Source: a virus. From it: 64,000 bases of DNA. The notes beneath the pieces are model-generated. The model ran no database searches and was not told where the DNA came from. It worked only from the letters and a program-made list of their open reading frames with translations. The stretch is taken from the IMG/VR virus record IMGVR_UViG_3300045988_150584, one strand, 5' to 3'. Below, in pieces: positions 41,660 to 49,311 of the stretch. The first letter of the stretch is position 1. Every line of letters begins with the position of its first letter. The translations under genes were made by a program, and so were the position numbers.

Positions 41660-41771
41660 GAGAGCGTCTGGATGACAGCTTTAAGGTGTATCGAACGGCG
41701 GACACCTACAGCAATGTTCTTTAAGAAAACTGGAATTTTTCTGCTTACGGGTTCGATTCCCGTAGCTCTCA
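41660..41771 (+). ncRNA. tRNA-like RNA P3 (good acceptor and T-arm, no canonical D or anticodon arms)
   Basis: Acceptor GAGAGCG/AGCTCTC and T-arm ACGGG-TTCGATT-CCCGT. The interior contains hairpin AGGTGT..ACACCT followed by ACAGCAATGTT, plus two CTTTAAG heptamers. Confidence 0.45.
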
Positions 41772-41841
41772 AGAGCCGTTAAATAATCTTCTCGAACTGG
41801 TGAGCAATTCACAACTTCTCTGGGAAGATGTAATAAGAAAT

Positions 41842-41952
41842 GCAGAGGTAGCTCAGTCGGTAGAGCATCAGACAAAAAATGTGCTAAGCATTAGCGCTAA
41901 CAGCAATGTTAAAGGAATCCGAGTGTCGGAGGTTCAAGTCCTCCCCTCTGCG
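41842..41952 (+). ncRNA. tRNA gene P4 with a ~38-nt insertion in the anticodon loop (body Phe/Lys-like)
   Basis: - Perfect acceptor GCAGAGG/CCTCTGC.
- Canonical D-arm TAGCTCAGTCGGTAGAGC and T-arm GGAGG-TTCAAGT-CCTCC.
- Anticodon stem TCAGA/TCCGA encloses CAAAAAATGTGCTAAGCATTAGCGCTAACAGCAATGTTAAAGGAA. Confidence 0.6.
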
Positions 41953-41959
41953 TCTATAT

Positions 41960-42031
41960 TCGTGCGTAACATCTGCGAAAGTACACCGTGGATGCGATTG
42001 GTATATGTCAGTTCGATTCTGACCGCACGAG
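41960..42031 (+). ncRNA. tRNA-like RNA P7 (normal length, non-canonical core)
   Basis: Acceptor TCGTGCG/CGCACGA and T-arm GTCAG-TTCGATT-CTGAC. I could not fold the 40-nt interior into D and anticodon arms. Confidence 0.4.
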
Positions 42032-42110
42032 CCTATGCGGTGTCTCACTGAAATAAATGTGGTGTGGGTGAGTAAAATCAGGGCTGTTGAAGAACTTGTA
42101 TCGTAGCGCT

Positions 42111-42180
42111 GCGGTGCATGGAACGTCTGGCAGAAGCAGTTTTACAATACAGAGCTGTTCGAGTCAGCTCCACCGCCCCA
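42111..42180 (+). ncRNA. tRNA-like RNA P8 (short, non-canonical core)
   Basis: Acceptor GCGGTGC/CCACCGC (6 of 7 paired), T-arm AGCTG-TTCGAGT-CAGCT, CCA encoded. No 5-7-5 anticodon arm was found. Confidence 0.4.
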
Positions 42181-42183
42181 AAT

Positions 42184-42298
42184 GCCAGGGTAGCTCAATC
42201 GGTAGAGCGCGTAATAACGCGACTTGTTAAGCCGCTTGCAGCAAATTTCTTTTGGTCTGTTAAACCCGTGGTTGCAGGTTCGATTCCTGCCCCTGGCT
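42184..42298 (+). ncRNA. tRNA gene P5 (Asn-like CTGTTAA loop) with a ~44-nt insertion between the D-arm and the anticodon region
   Basis: Acceptor GCCAGGG/CCCTGGC, D-arm TAGCTCAATCGGTAGAGC, T-arm GCAGG-TTCGATT-CCTGC. The insertion carries GCAGCAAAT, and only a 3-bp GGT/ACC stem flanks CTGTTAA. Confidence 0.5.
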
Positions 42299-42384
42299 CA
42301 ACGTGAATGACTGCTTAAACCATTCTAAACCGACACGACAAAAGGGCAGAAATGGTGACAGCTCGGAGAGACGAGCATCTATAT

Positions 42385-42502
42385 ACGGCAGTGGTGAAGC
42401 GGTAACACAGCAGCCATACAAATGCGAAAAGTGGATTTTCGCTAACAGCTATTTCACAATCCAAGCTGCCAATCGTAGGTTCGATTCCTACCTGCCGTTC
42501 CA
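42385..42502 (+). ncRNA. tRNA gene P6 with a ~43-nt insertion in the anticodon loop
   Basis: Perfect acceptor ACGGCAG/CTGCCGT. Anticodon stem GCAGC/GCTGC encloses CATACAAATGCGAAAAGTGGATTTTCGCTAACAGCTATTTCACAATCCAA. T-arm GTAGG-TTCGATT-CCTAC. CCA is encoded. Confidence 0.6.
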
Positions 42503-42562
42503 CGGGTATAGAGTTGACTTTTCCGTTCAAACAGCCCCTTATAAAGTTGGTAGTAACGGTAT

Positions 42563-42626
42563 GAGACGCACACAGCAATTTGTAAGTAAAGTATTTAGCC
42601 TGATAAGCGGATTTCTTTTGCGTCTC
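42563..42626 (+). repeat. ACAGCAAT hairpin element (copy S8) closing the RNA cluster
   Basis: GAGACGC-ac-ACAGCAAT-(40 nt)-GCGTCTC. Confidence 0.5.
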
Positions 42627-42691
42627 GCCCCTCCTTTAAGACACAGACAGCATCGAATGTGAAATGGTGTCTTGAAGGCTATTTCAAACAA

Positions 42692-42712
42692 AAAGAAATT
42701 AGTTAAACAATT
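42692..42712 (+). promoter_or_regulatory. class-B motif copy directly 5' of an RBS
   Basis: AAAGAAATTAGTTAAACAATT followed by CAAGGAGG. Confidence 0.5.
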
Positions 42713-42728
42713 CAAGGAGGAAGAAAGT

Positions 42729-44273
42729 ATGAATGGTTTTATGTCTGCTATGAAAAGCACTTTGAACGATGAGTTCAATGTTTCTGTTACCGAAAACGGT
42801 GCTGTTGGCTATCGTACTACCGGCAAGGAACTATTGGATCTCAACTTTGCCGTTGCATCTCTTCGTAAGGCATCTCCGAGCGATATTGCAAACCGCTTCG
42901 TCAGAGCGTTTTTCGAGGATAAGATTACGGCAATGAAATGGCTGTTCTTTGCGCGTGATGTTCGTGGTGGTCTTGGCGAGCGTCGTTTGTTCCGCATCGT
43001 GTTTCAGCGTATGGCGGAGGAAAATCCGGAATACATCATTCCGCTGATTTCCCTTGTGCCTGAGTATGGACGCTATGACGATTTGTGGTGTTTGCTCGAT
43101 ACAAAGCTTGCACCTAATGTGCTGAACATCATTGCGCAGCAGCTCCGCGATGACATTCAGAATTTGAGCGATGGCAATAGTATTTCTCTTCTCGCAAAGT
43201 GGCTTCCGTCTGCGAATGCTCATTCCGCTGACGCAAAGCGTTATGCTAAGCAGATCTACAAGTTTATGGGCATTTCTGAGCGCGACTACCGTAAGGTGCT
43301 GTCCAAGCTGCGTTCTAAGCTGGATATCGTGGAGAAGAAAATGTCCGAAAAGCGTTGGGATGAGATTGCGTATGAAGCTGTCCCGTCTCGTGCAAATCTG
43401 ATTTACAACTCCGCATTCCTTCGTAACGACGAAGATCGCCGCCGCGATTTCCTGTCCCGTTTGGAAAAGGGCGAAACGAAAATCAATGCGTCTACGCTTT
43501 TCCCGCATGACATTGTTGCAAAGTATAGCGATGGCTGGCGTGGCCTGAAGCCTACGGATAAAACACTGGAAGCTCTTTGGAACGCACTTCCCGATACCGT
43601 AAACGGATGCGGCAATACCATCGTCGTTGCGGATGGCAGCGGCAGTATGACCGTGAATGTCGGTGGCAGCAATGTTACCGCACTGGCTGTTGCAAATGCA
43701 CTTGCGATTTATTTCGCAGAGCGTTCCTCTGGTCAGTTCAAGGACAATTACATTACATTTTCTGAGCATCCTCAGCTCGTCGATTTGAGTAAGGGCAAGA
43801 ATCTCCGCGAGAAGATTCAGATTGCGCTTAAACACAGCGAGGTAGCAAACACAAATATCGAAGCGGTGTTTGACCTTATCTTGACTACGGCAAAGAAAAA
43901 CAACATGGGACAGAGCGATCTTCCTGCAAATATCCTTATTATCTCCGATATGGAGTTTGACTACTGCGCAACATCGAATGGTGGAAGCAGATATAATCGT
44001 GGTCGCGTTGATTCTCGTCTGTTTGACAAGATTGCAAAGCGCTATGAGGATGCTGGGTATAAACTGCCAAGGCTCGTGTTCTGGAACGTGAATAGCCGCA
44101 CGAATACCATCCCTATTAAGGAAAACGAGATGGGAGTTGCGCTTGTAAGCGGTTTTAGTCCGAACATCGCAAAGATGGTGATGAGTGGTCAAACTGATCC
44201 GTATGAGTGTCTGCTTGAAACGCTGAACTCTGATCGCTATAAGCCTATCGGTGACGCTCTGGAAAATCAGTAA
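42729..44273 (+). CDS. DUF2828-family protein with a vWA/MIDAS-like domain
   Basis: N-terminus VTENGAVGYRTTGKELLDLNF.., GRYDDLW, and VVADGSGSM (DxSxS MIDAS-like). 514 aa. Family recalled from memory of plant and phage DUF2828 proteins. Confidence 0.65.
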   Translation: MNGFMSAMKSTLNDEFNVSVTENGAVGYRTTGKELLDLNFAVASLRKASPSDIANRFVRAFFEDKITAMKWLFFARDVRGGLGERRLFRIVFQRMAEENPEYIIPLISLVPEYGRYDDLWCLLDTKLAPNVLNIIAQQLRDDIQNLSDGNSISLLAKWLPSANAHSADAKRYAKQIYKFMGISERDYRKVLSKLRSKLDIVEKKMSEKRWDEIAYEAVPSRANLIYNSAFLRNDEDRRRDFLSRLEKGETKINASTLFPHDIVAKYSDGWRGLKPTDKTLEALWNALPDTVNGCGNTIVVADGSGSMTVNVGGSNVTALAVANALAIYFAERSSGQFKDNYITFSEHPQLVDLSKGKNLREKIQIALKHSEVANTNIEAVFDLILTTAKKNNMGQSDLPANILIISDMEFDYCATSNGGSRYNRGRVDSRLFDKIAKRYEDAGYKLPRLVFWNVNSRTNTIPIKENEMGVALVSGFSPNIAKMVMSGQTDPYECLLETLNSDRYKPIGDALENQ

Positions 44274-44288
44274 AACTCCAACCCAAAA

Positions 44289-44323
44289 GTAAGCAAACCA
44301 CGAAATAAGTGGGTAGTTAAAGT
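44289..44323 (+). promoter_or_regulatory. class-A bipartite motif (copy 10)
   Basis: GTAAGCAAA-N14-GGTAGTTAAAGT, followed immediately by GC hairpin gggcggcgg-acac-ccgccgccc (44325-44346). Confidence 0.65.
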
Positions 44324-44371
44324 AGGGCGGCGGACACCCGCCGCCCTATCATTATATCCGGAGGTTCGTTT

Positions 44372-44656
44372 ATGGACTTGGTTACAAAATATATTATGAC
44401 GCATTCTGATGGTCGCCGTCATCCTATTTGCGGCTCTGCTATTGCTGCTGCATTTTGTGTGTCGAGCGTTGAAGTGAGACGGCTTGTAAACGCCGCCCGT
44501 ACAAATGGTGATCCGATTTGTTCCAGTGGGCGTGGATACTACATTGCAAAGGACAAAGATGAAATCCAGAAAACAATCGAGTCTCTACAAGGTCGCATCG
44601 CTGGCATGAGTAATGCTGTGTCCGGACTGCAGCAGTATATGGAAGGAGCATTCTGA
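44372..44656 (+). CDS. winged-helix-like DNA-binding protein (putative)
   Basis: 94 aa, ..GSAIAAAFCVSSVEVRRLVNAARTNGDPICSSGRGYYIA.. The assignment rests on pattern only. Confidence 0.4.
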   Translation: MDLVTKYIMTHSDGRRHPICGSAIAAAFCVSSVEVRRLVNAARTNGDPICSSGRGYYIAKDKDEIQKTIESLQGRIAGMSNAVSGLQQYMEGAF

Positions 44657-44967
44657 TGCCAGATGTTGTTATGACGAATCATAGTGTGAAGCGAACAAAA
44701 GAAAGAATTGGACTAAGCAAGAAAATCGCAGATAAGAACGCGCAGAGAGCGCTTGAATACGGTGTTACGCACTCTGAGGCAAAAGGTGGCTTATGTCGGT
44801 ATCTTGATAAACTGTATCTGTCGAATGGTAATGCAAATAATGTTCGCGTTTATCACAGATATGTATATCTCTTTCGTGGGAACACGCTTTTGACAATCAT
44901 TCCATTACCAAACAAATTCTATGCTCTGGCGGACAAACTTCAAAAGCAGAAAGGCGAAATAGAATGA
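44656..44967 (+). CDS. hypothetical protein
   Basis: 103 aa, with a start/stop overlap. Confidence 0.5.
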   Translation: MPDVVMTNHSVKRTKERIGLSKKIADKNAQRALEYGVTHSEAKGGLCRYLDKLYLSNGNANNVRVYHRYVYLFRGNTLLTIIPLPNKFYALADKLQKQKGEIE

Positions 44968-45920
44968 GAATTGTAAAAACACATACTGGAAAAATTTATG
45001 TTGATAAGGATAAGAAACTGGAATTTTTAACGGTTGGCGACTATGGCAAGGAAAACAATATTAAAGCAAGTTTTCTTGGTTTGAACAAAGAAATCAACGG
45101 TGTTCAACATCATACGGTTGACCTGGCGGATAAGTGGGTTGCTACTATCAGCACTCAGAAAGGTTGTCCGATGAATTGCCAGTTTTGTGATTGCCCGAAG
45201 TATGGATTTCACGGAAATGTATCTCGTGAGGAACTGGCTTATGAAATTGAGACAATTCTTGCAAACGAACGAGTAACACATACTAATCGTTTCAATGTTC
45301 ACTTTGCTCGCATGGGTGAGCCTACATTCAACGATGCCGTTCTTCCGTTTGCTGAATTTGATTTGAAGCCGCTGGTTAAGCGGTTTATTACGGCAGATAC
45401 AATTCATCCTGTTGTTTCAACTATGCTTCCGAAAGCAAATGCCAATTTGAAGTCATTCATCATGGAATGGTGTCGCATTAAGAACAGTGTGTACAGTGGA
45501 GAAGCTGGTCTGCAATTTAGCATCAATTCGACGAATCAGGCGCAGCGTAATGAACAGTTTAACGGAAAGAGCTTATCCTTATCAGAAATTTCAAGTCTCG
45601 CATCTAAGCTTCCTACGCCGGTCGGTAGAAAATACACATTGAATTTTGCGGTAACGGCTGACACGATTTTGGATGCGGTGGAGCTTGGGAAGCTGTTCGA
45701 TAAGGAAAAGTTTATCGTAAAAATTACGCCGATTCACCAGACAAATGCAGCCATTAAGAATGGATTTGATGTGACCACGGAATATACTGACTACGATGTT
45801 TACCGCAAGTTTGAAGATCCACTTGTTGCTGCTGGATGGGATGTCATTGTGTTCGTACCGAGCGAGGAAGAAGATAGCGACCGTATTACTTGCGGGAATG
45901 CCTTAATTTCAGATAAGTGA
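44964..45920 (+). CDS. RlmN/Cfr-like radical SAM RNA methyltransferase
   Basis: STQKGCPMNCQFCDCP (CxxxCxxC), FARMGEPTFN (MGMGEP-like), and C-terminal DRITCGNAL (second catalytic Cys, CGQL-like). Confidence 0.65.
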   Translation: MRIVKTHTGKIYVDKDKKLEFLTVGDYGKENNIKASFLGLNKEINGVQHHTVDLADKWVATISTQKGCPMNCQFCDCPKYGFHGNVSREELAYEIETILANERVTHTNRFNVHFARMGEPTFNDAVLPFAEFDLKPLVKRFITADTIHPVVSTMLPKANANLKSFIMEWCRIKNSVYSGEAGLQFSINSTNQAQRNEQFNGKSLSLSEISSLASKLPTPVGRKYTLNFAVTADTILDAVELGKLFDKEKFIVKITPIHQTNAAIKNGFDVTTEYTDYDVYRKFEDPLVAAGWDVIVFVPSEEEDSDRITCGNALISDK

Positions 45921-45928
45921 GGTGCAGG

Positions 45929-46336
45929 ATGTACAAGCACTACGAAAACATTACAAGAGAAGTTTTGGATACAATAAAGGTTGGAGATTTGGTCAGAGTA
46001 AACGATTGGACGAGTCCAATGCTTGTGAAAGCGGTATCTAAGAATTTCTTTGTGATGACTTGTAAGAAAGGCGAAGATACATATTACTCTGTGTGTTCAA
46101 AACTGCCGTGGGACGGTATTCGTCACAATGCTATGGTTGGCGGCATGTTCCATTGTGGATGTGATGATTGGATTTTCGGGACGCCGCTTGGAATTAGAGA
46201 CGAAAACATCTACCAGTTTAATGATCCGGAGTTAAATAGGTTGTATCTACAAGAGTTTGAGGATGGTAAAACGCACATTTCTGAACGAAATGGAGCTGCT
46301 ATCTATGATTTGTATGTAGAGCGCTGTGATGACTAA
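45929..46336 (+). CDS. hypothetical protein
   Basis: MYKHYENITREV.. after GAGGTG. Confidence 0.5.
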   Translation: MYKHYENITREVLDTIKVGDLVRVNDWTSPMLVKAVSKNFFVMTCKKGEDTYYSVCSKLPWDGIRHNAMVGGMFHCGCDDWIFGTPLGIRDENIYQFNDPELNRLYLQEFEDGKTHISERNGAAIYDLYVERCDD

Positions 46337-46350
46337 GGAGGTTATGCAAG

Positions 46351-46626
46351 ATGGTTGTAAGTCTACGCGAAATAGTGATGTCGCATGAAAAGATTTATTC
46401 GCTGCTCTATTCTCCGTGTAGAATCGAGAGTGACCCGATTGAAAAGCAGATTGTAGAAATTAGTACGAAGTCTCTGCGTTGGTCGGATGATGGGACGATG
46501 TTTGTCTATGTCTGGGGTTGGCCTGGGCCGGACTTTAACAGATATTCTGCAAAGACATACGGAAAAGGCTGGGCATTTACAAAACAGGAAATCATTGATG
46601 CCTGGGAGAGCGAGAATAGGAAGTAG
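46351..46626 (+). CDS. hypothetical protein
   Basis: AAGGAGG RBS. 91 aa. The stop TAG lies inside a class-B motif. Confidence 0.5.
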   Translation: MVVSLREIVMSHEKIYSLLYSPCRIESDPIEKQIVEISTKSLRWSDDGTMFVYVWGWPGPDFNRYSAKTYGKGWAFTKQEIIDAWESENRK

Positions 46627-46637
46627 CAAATCAATCC
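46616..46637 (+). promoter_or_regulatory. class-B motif copy overlapping a stop codon
   Basis: ATAGGAAGTAGCAAATCAATCC. Confidence 0.4.
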
Positions 46638-46729
46638 TATGTACAGTTCATTTCTTAAAATAATTCACTGAAAAACACAGAGTTTTTCGTTGCAAGCAAG
46701 CGCAACTAATGATTGGAGTGTAATTTGCC

Positions 46730-47110
46730 ATGCCCCTTAAAACACCTGAATCACAGCGACGAATGGCTGAAATGCAGCACATGAGAGACTGTGGATTTAC
46801 TTTGCAGCAAATCGGAGATCAATATGGAATAAGCCGAGAGCGAGTTCGTCAGATTGTAAATAACATTCACAAGAAAAAGCGTACTTGTGGTGTGAAAAAT
46901 ATCTGCTATCCAAATTTCAAAAAATGGGCGCTTGATAATGGGTATTCCACTTTAACAAAGCTTGCTAATGATATGGATATGTGTTCATCTCTTGTTAGAA
47001 GTCTTCTGATCAAGGGTGAACCCCCTACAAAGCGCTCCATTAGGAAGATAACTGAATTCACTGGAATGTCTGCGGATGAAGTATTTTATCTACCGGATGT
47101 TGCAGCGTAA
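46730..47110 (+). CDS. sigma70 region-4-type HTH protein
   Basis: GFTLQQIGDQYGISRERVRQIVNNI. Confidence 0.6.
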   Translation: MPLKTPESQRRMAEMQHMRDCGFTLQQIGDQYGISRERVRQIVNNIHKKKRTCGVKNICYPNFKKWALDNGYSTLTKLANDMDMCSSLVRSLLIKGEPPTKRSIRKITEFTGMSADEVFYLPDVAA

Positions 47111-47116
47111 AGATTG

Positions 47117-47151
47117 GTAAGCAAATTGTTATTACGATGGGTAGTTATAAC
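47117..47151 (+). promoter_or_regulatory. class-A bipartite motif (copy 11)
   Basis: GTAAGCAAA-N14-GGTAGTTATAAC. Confidence 0.65.
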
Positions 47152-47168
47152 GAAAGGGGTGTGGTTGC

Positions 47169-47480
47169 ATGAATGGTCTTGGTGAGGCTGTGATGATAAC
47201 ATGGGCTGAATATGGTCTAAAAATCGAAAATACGAGTGAAACAGCAGAATCACTTGTGATTTATGTTTCTGTCCCAGAGCATAGTTACAAAAGAAATGCC
47301 AGAGGCTCTGAAATGGCTGCTATGGATCTTGCAAAACGATTTAAGACCGTAATGACGGAGATGGGCGTTAAGCGTTTGACCGTTAAAGCCCGCGTTCGTG
47401 CTGGTGAATACTGGACGAAAGAAATGGCTGATAGCGCCAATATCGAGATGCGAAAAAACATCTTTGGAAGTCAATATTAA
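47169..47480 (+). CDS. hypothetical protein
   Basis: 103 aa. Confidence 0.5.
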   Translation: MNGLGEAVMITWAEYGLKIENTSETAESLVIYVSVPEHSYKRNARGSEMAAMDLAKRFKTVMTEMGVKRLTVKARVRAGEYWTKEMADSANIEMRKNIFGSQY

Positions 47481-47494
47481 GGAGGGTGTAATAG

Positions 47495-48574
47495 GTGATT
47501 AAGAAGGTTGATCGGAAAAATCGGTTTGTAGCAATGTTTAATCCTACAACTGGCTTCTATGCTCGTAGTGGTGTGATTGATGAGAATGGGCATGACACCG
47601 GCGTAGATCCGTTTATGACAGCATTCCCAGAGCTGATTGATGTCGGTGTGATGGGTCATTGTGTCCACGGAGCAAGCGGTCTTTGCTTTAAGTCTGGCGT
47701 TCAGTGTTATCAGAACGGACTAAAGACAAAAGAACCAAATATGACGCTTGAAAATTTCAAACGCATTGTTGATGAATGTAGGGGTAAAACATTCCAGCTC
47801 GCGCTTGGTGGTCGTGGTGATGTTGACCAGCACGAAAATTTTGCTGAGATTTTGCAGTATTGCAGGGAAAACAATATCGTGCCGAATTTCACTTCTTCAG
47901 GGCTTGGCTTTACAGATGAGATTGTAGATCTGTGTAAAAGATACTGTGGTGCAGTAGCAATCTCCTGGTATCGCCAGAAGCATACATACCGTGCGATTCA
48001 GATGCTTTTGGATGCTGGCGTAAAAACGAACATTCATTATGTTCTTGGAAACAATTCCATTGAAGAAGCAATTATGCGGCTAAAAAATAATGGTTTTCCT
48101 GCTGGCATTAACGCAGTGATTTTCCTTCTTCACAAACCCGTTGGACTCGGCAGCGAAGAGAATGTTTTGCAGATGGATAACCCGCTCGTAAGACAGTTCT
48201 TTGAGATTGTGGATATGCAGAAATTCAATTTCAAAATTGGCTTCGATTCATGTTCTATTCCAGCCGTTTTGAATCTGACTCACAATATCGACCACGATAG
48301 TATTGATACTTGCGAGGGCGGCAGATGGAGCATGTATATCACAAGCGACATGAAAGCTTTGCCCTGTAGTTTCGATAATCAAGAGCTGCGTTGGGCATTT
48401 GATATTAGCAATTCCAGTATCGAAGAAGCTTGGAATAGTCCGCAGTTTGAAAGATTTAGAAGTCATTTCAGAAATTCTTGCCCGAATTGTCAGTGCCAAC
48501 ACGCTTGTATGGGCGGTTGTCCGATTCGTCCGCAAGTAGTTTTGTGCGATAGGGCGGAAAAGGAGCTGTATTAA
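47495..48574 (+). CDS. radical SAM/SPASM-like protein with an atypical N-terminal Cys pattern
   Basis: C-terminal CPNCQCQHACMGGCP is SPASM-like. The N-terminal GHCVHGASGLCFKSGVQCY is not the canonical CxxxCxxC. GTG start after AAGGAGGG. Confidence 0.5.
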   Translation: MIKKVDRKNRFVAMFNPTTGFYARSGVIDENGHDTGVDPFMTAFPELIDVGVMGHCVHGASGLCFKSGVQCYQNGLKTKEPNMTLENFKRIVDECRGKTFQLALGGRGDVDQHENFAEILQYCRENNIVPNFTSSGLGFTDEIVDLCKRYCGAVAISWYRQKHTYRAIQMLLDAGVKTNIHYVLGNNSIEEAIMRLKNNGFPAGINAVIFLLHKPVGLGSEENVLQMDNPLVRQFFEIVDMQKFNFKIGFDSCSIPAVLNLTHNIDHDSIDTCEGGRWSMYITSDMKALPCSFDNQELRWAFDISNSSIEEAWNSPQFERFRSHFRNSCPNCQCQHACMGGCPIRPQVVLCDRAEKELY

Positions 48575-48763
48575 ATGAGAGATCCGAAGCGAATCCGAAA
48601 ATTCTGCAATGAGCTTGCAGATTTATGGGAGAGCAAATGTCCAGATTTGAGATTTGGTCAAATAATGGCTTATGTTTCAAGCAAATGTGGAGATTCATTT
48701 TATACGGAAGATGAAGAACTGATGAATCAACTAAAGAAAATATTTGAACGAGGTACAGTATGA
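48575..48763 (+). CDS. hypothetical protein
   Basis: 62 aa. Confidence 0.45.
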   Translation: MRDPKRIRKFCNELADLWESKCPDLRFGQIMAYVSSKCGDSFYTEDEELMNQLKKIFERGTV

Positions 48764-49311
48764 AAAATAAAACTACATGGATTATCGTTGGCATTGTTTT
48801 TGCCGTTATCATTCTGATTGTTGGCGTTTTTGCCGGTGCAAACAACAAAGCGGTATTTTTGGAAGAGCAGATTAACGGCGCTCAGGCCAATATCAATATT
48901 GCTGAAAAGCGTCGTGTTGATTTGGTTTATAACCTTGTGGATGCGGTACGGGCATATCAGGATTATGAGGGCAAAACGCTTGAGGCTATCACTGCTGCCA
49001 GATCCAGTGTAAGCAATGGTGATATTGATGAAGCAAAGGTGTCTATCAACGCTGTGGCAGAAGCGTATCCGGAGCTGAAAGCAAATGAAAACTATCAGCA
49101 GCTTATGAATGAGCTTGCTATGACAGAAAACCAGATCGCACAGTATCGCAATAATTATAATGAGCAGGTTCGAGCATATAACAAGATGATCCGGTCGTTC
49201 CCAAACAATGTCATTCTGAGCATTCTTGGATATGAGCGAATTGAAACGACCTATACTGACTATGGTGCGCCGGTCGATGCACCGCAGAATCTCTTTGATA
49301 ATGGTAATTAA
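48760..49311 (+). CDS. lemA: LemA-family membrane protein
   Basis: N-terminal TM segment, then ..RRVDLVYNLVDAVRAYQDYEGKTLEAITAARS.., ELKANENYQQLMNEL.., RNNYNEQVRAYN. Confidence 0.85.
   Translation: MKNKTTWIIVGIVFAVIILIVGVFAGANNKAVFLEEQINGAQANINIAEKRRVDLVYNLVDAVRAYQDYEGKTLEAITAARSSVSNGDIDEAKVSINAVAEAYPELKANENYQQLMNELAMTENQIAQYRNNYNEQVRAYNKMIRSFPNNVILSILGYERIETTYTDYGAPVDAPQNLFDNGN

Noticed and set aside
41842-42502. Group I intron interpretation of the tRNA insertions.
   Set aside because: The insertions are only ~38-44 nt, far below the minimum size of group I or II introns, and no P7/P3-like elements are visible.
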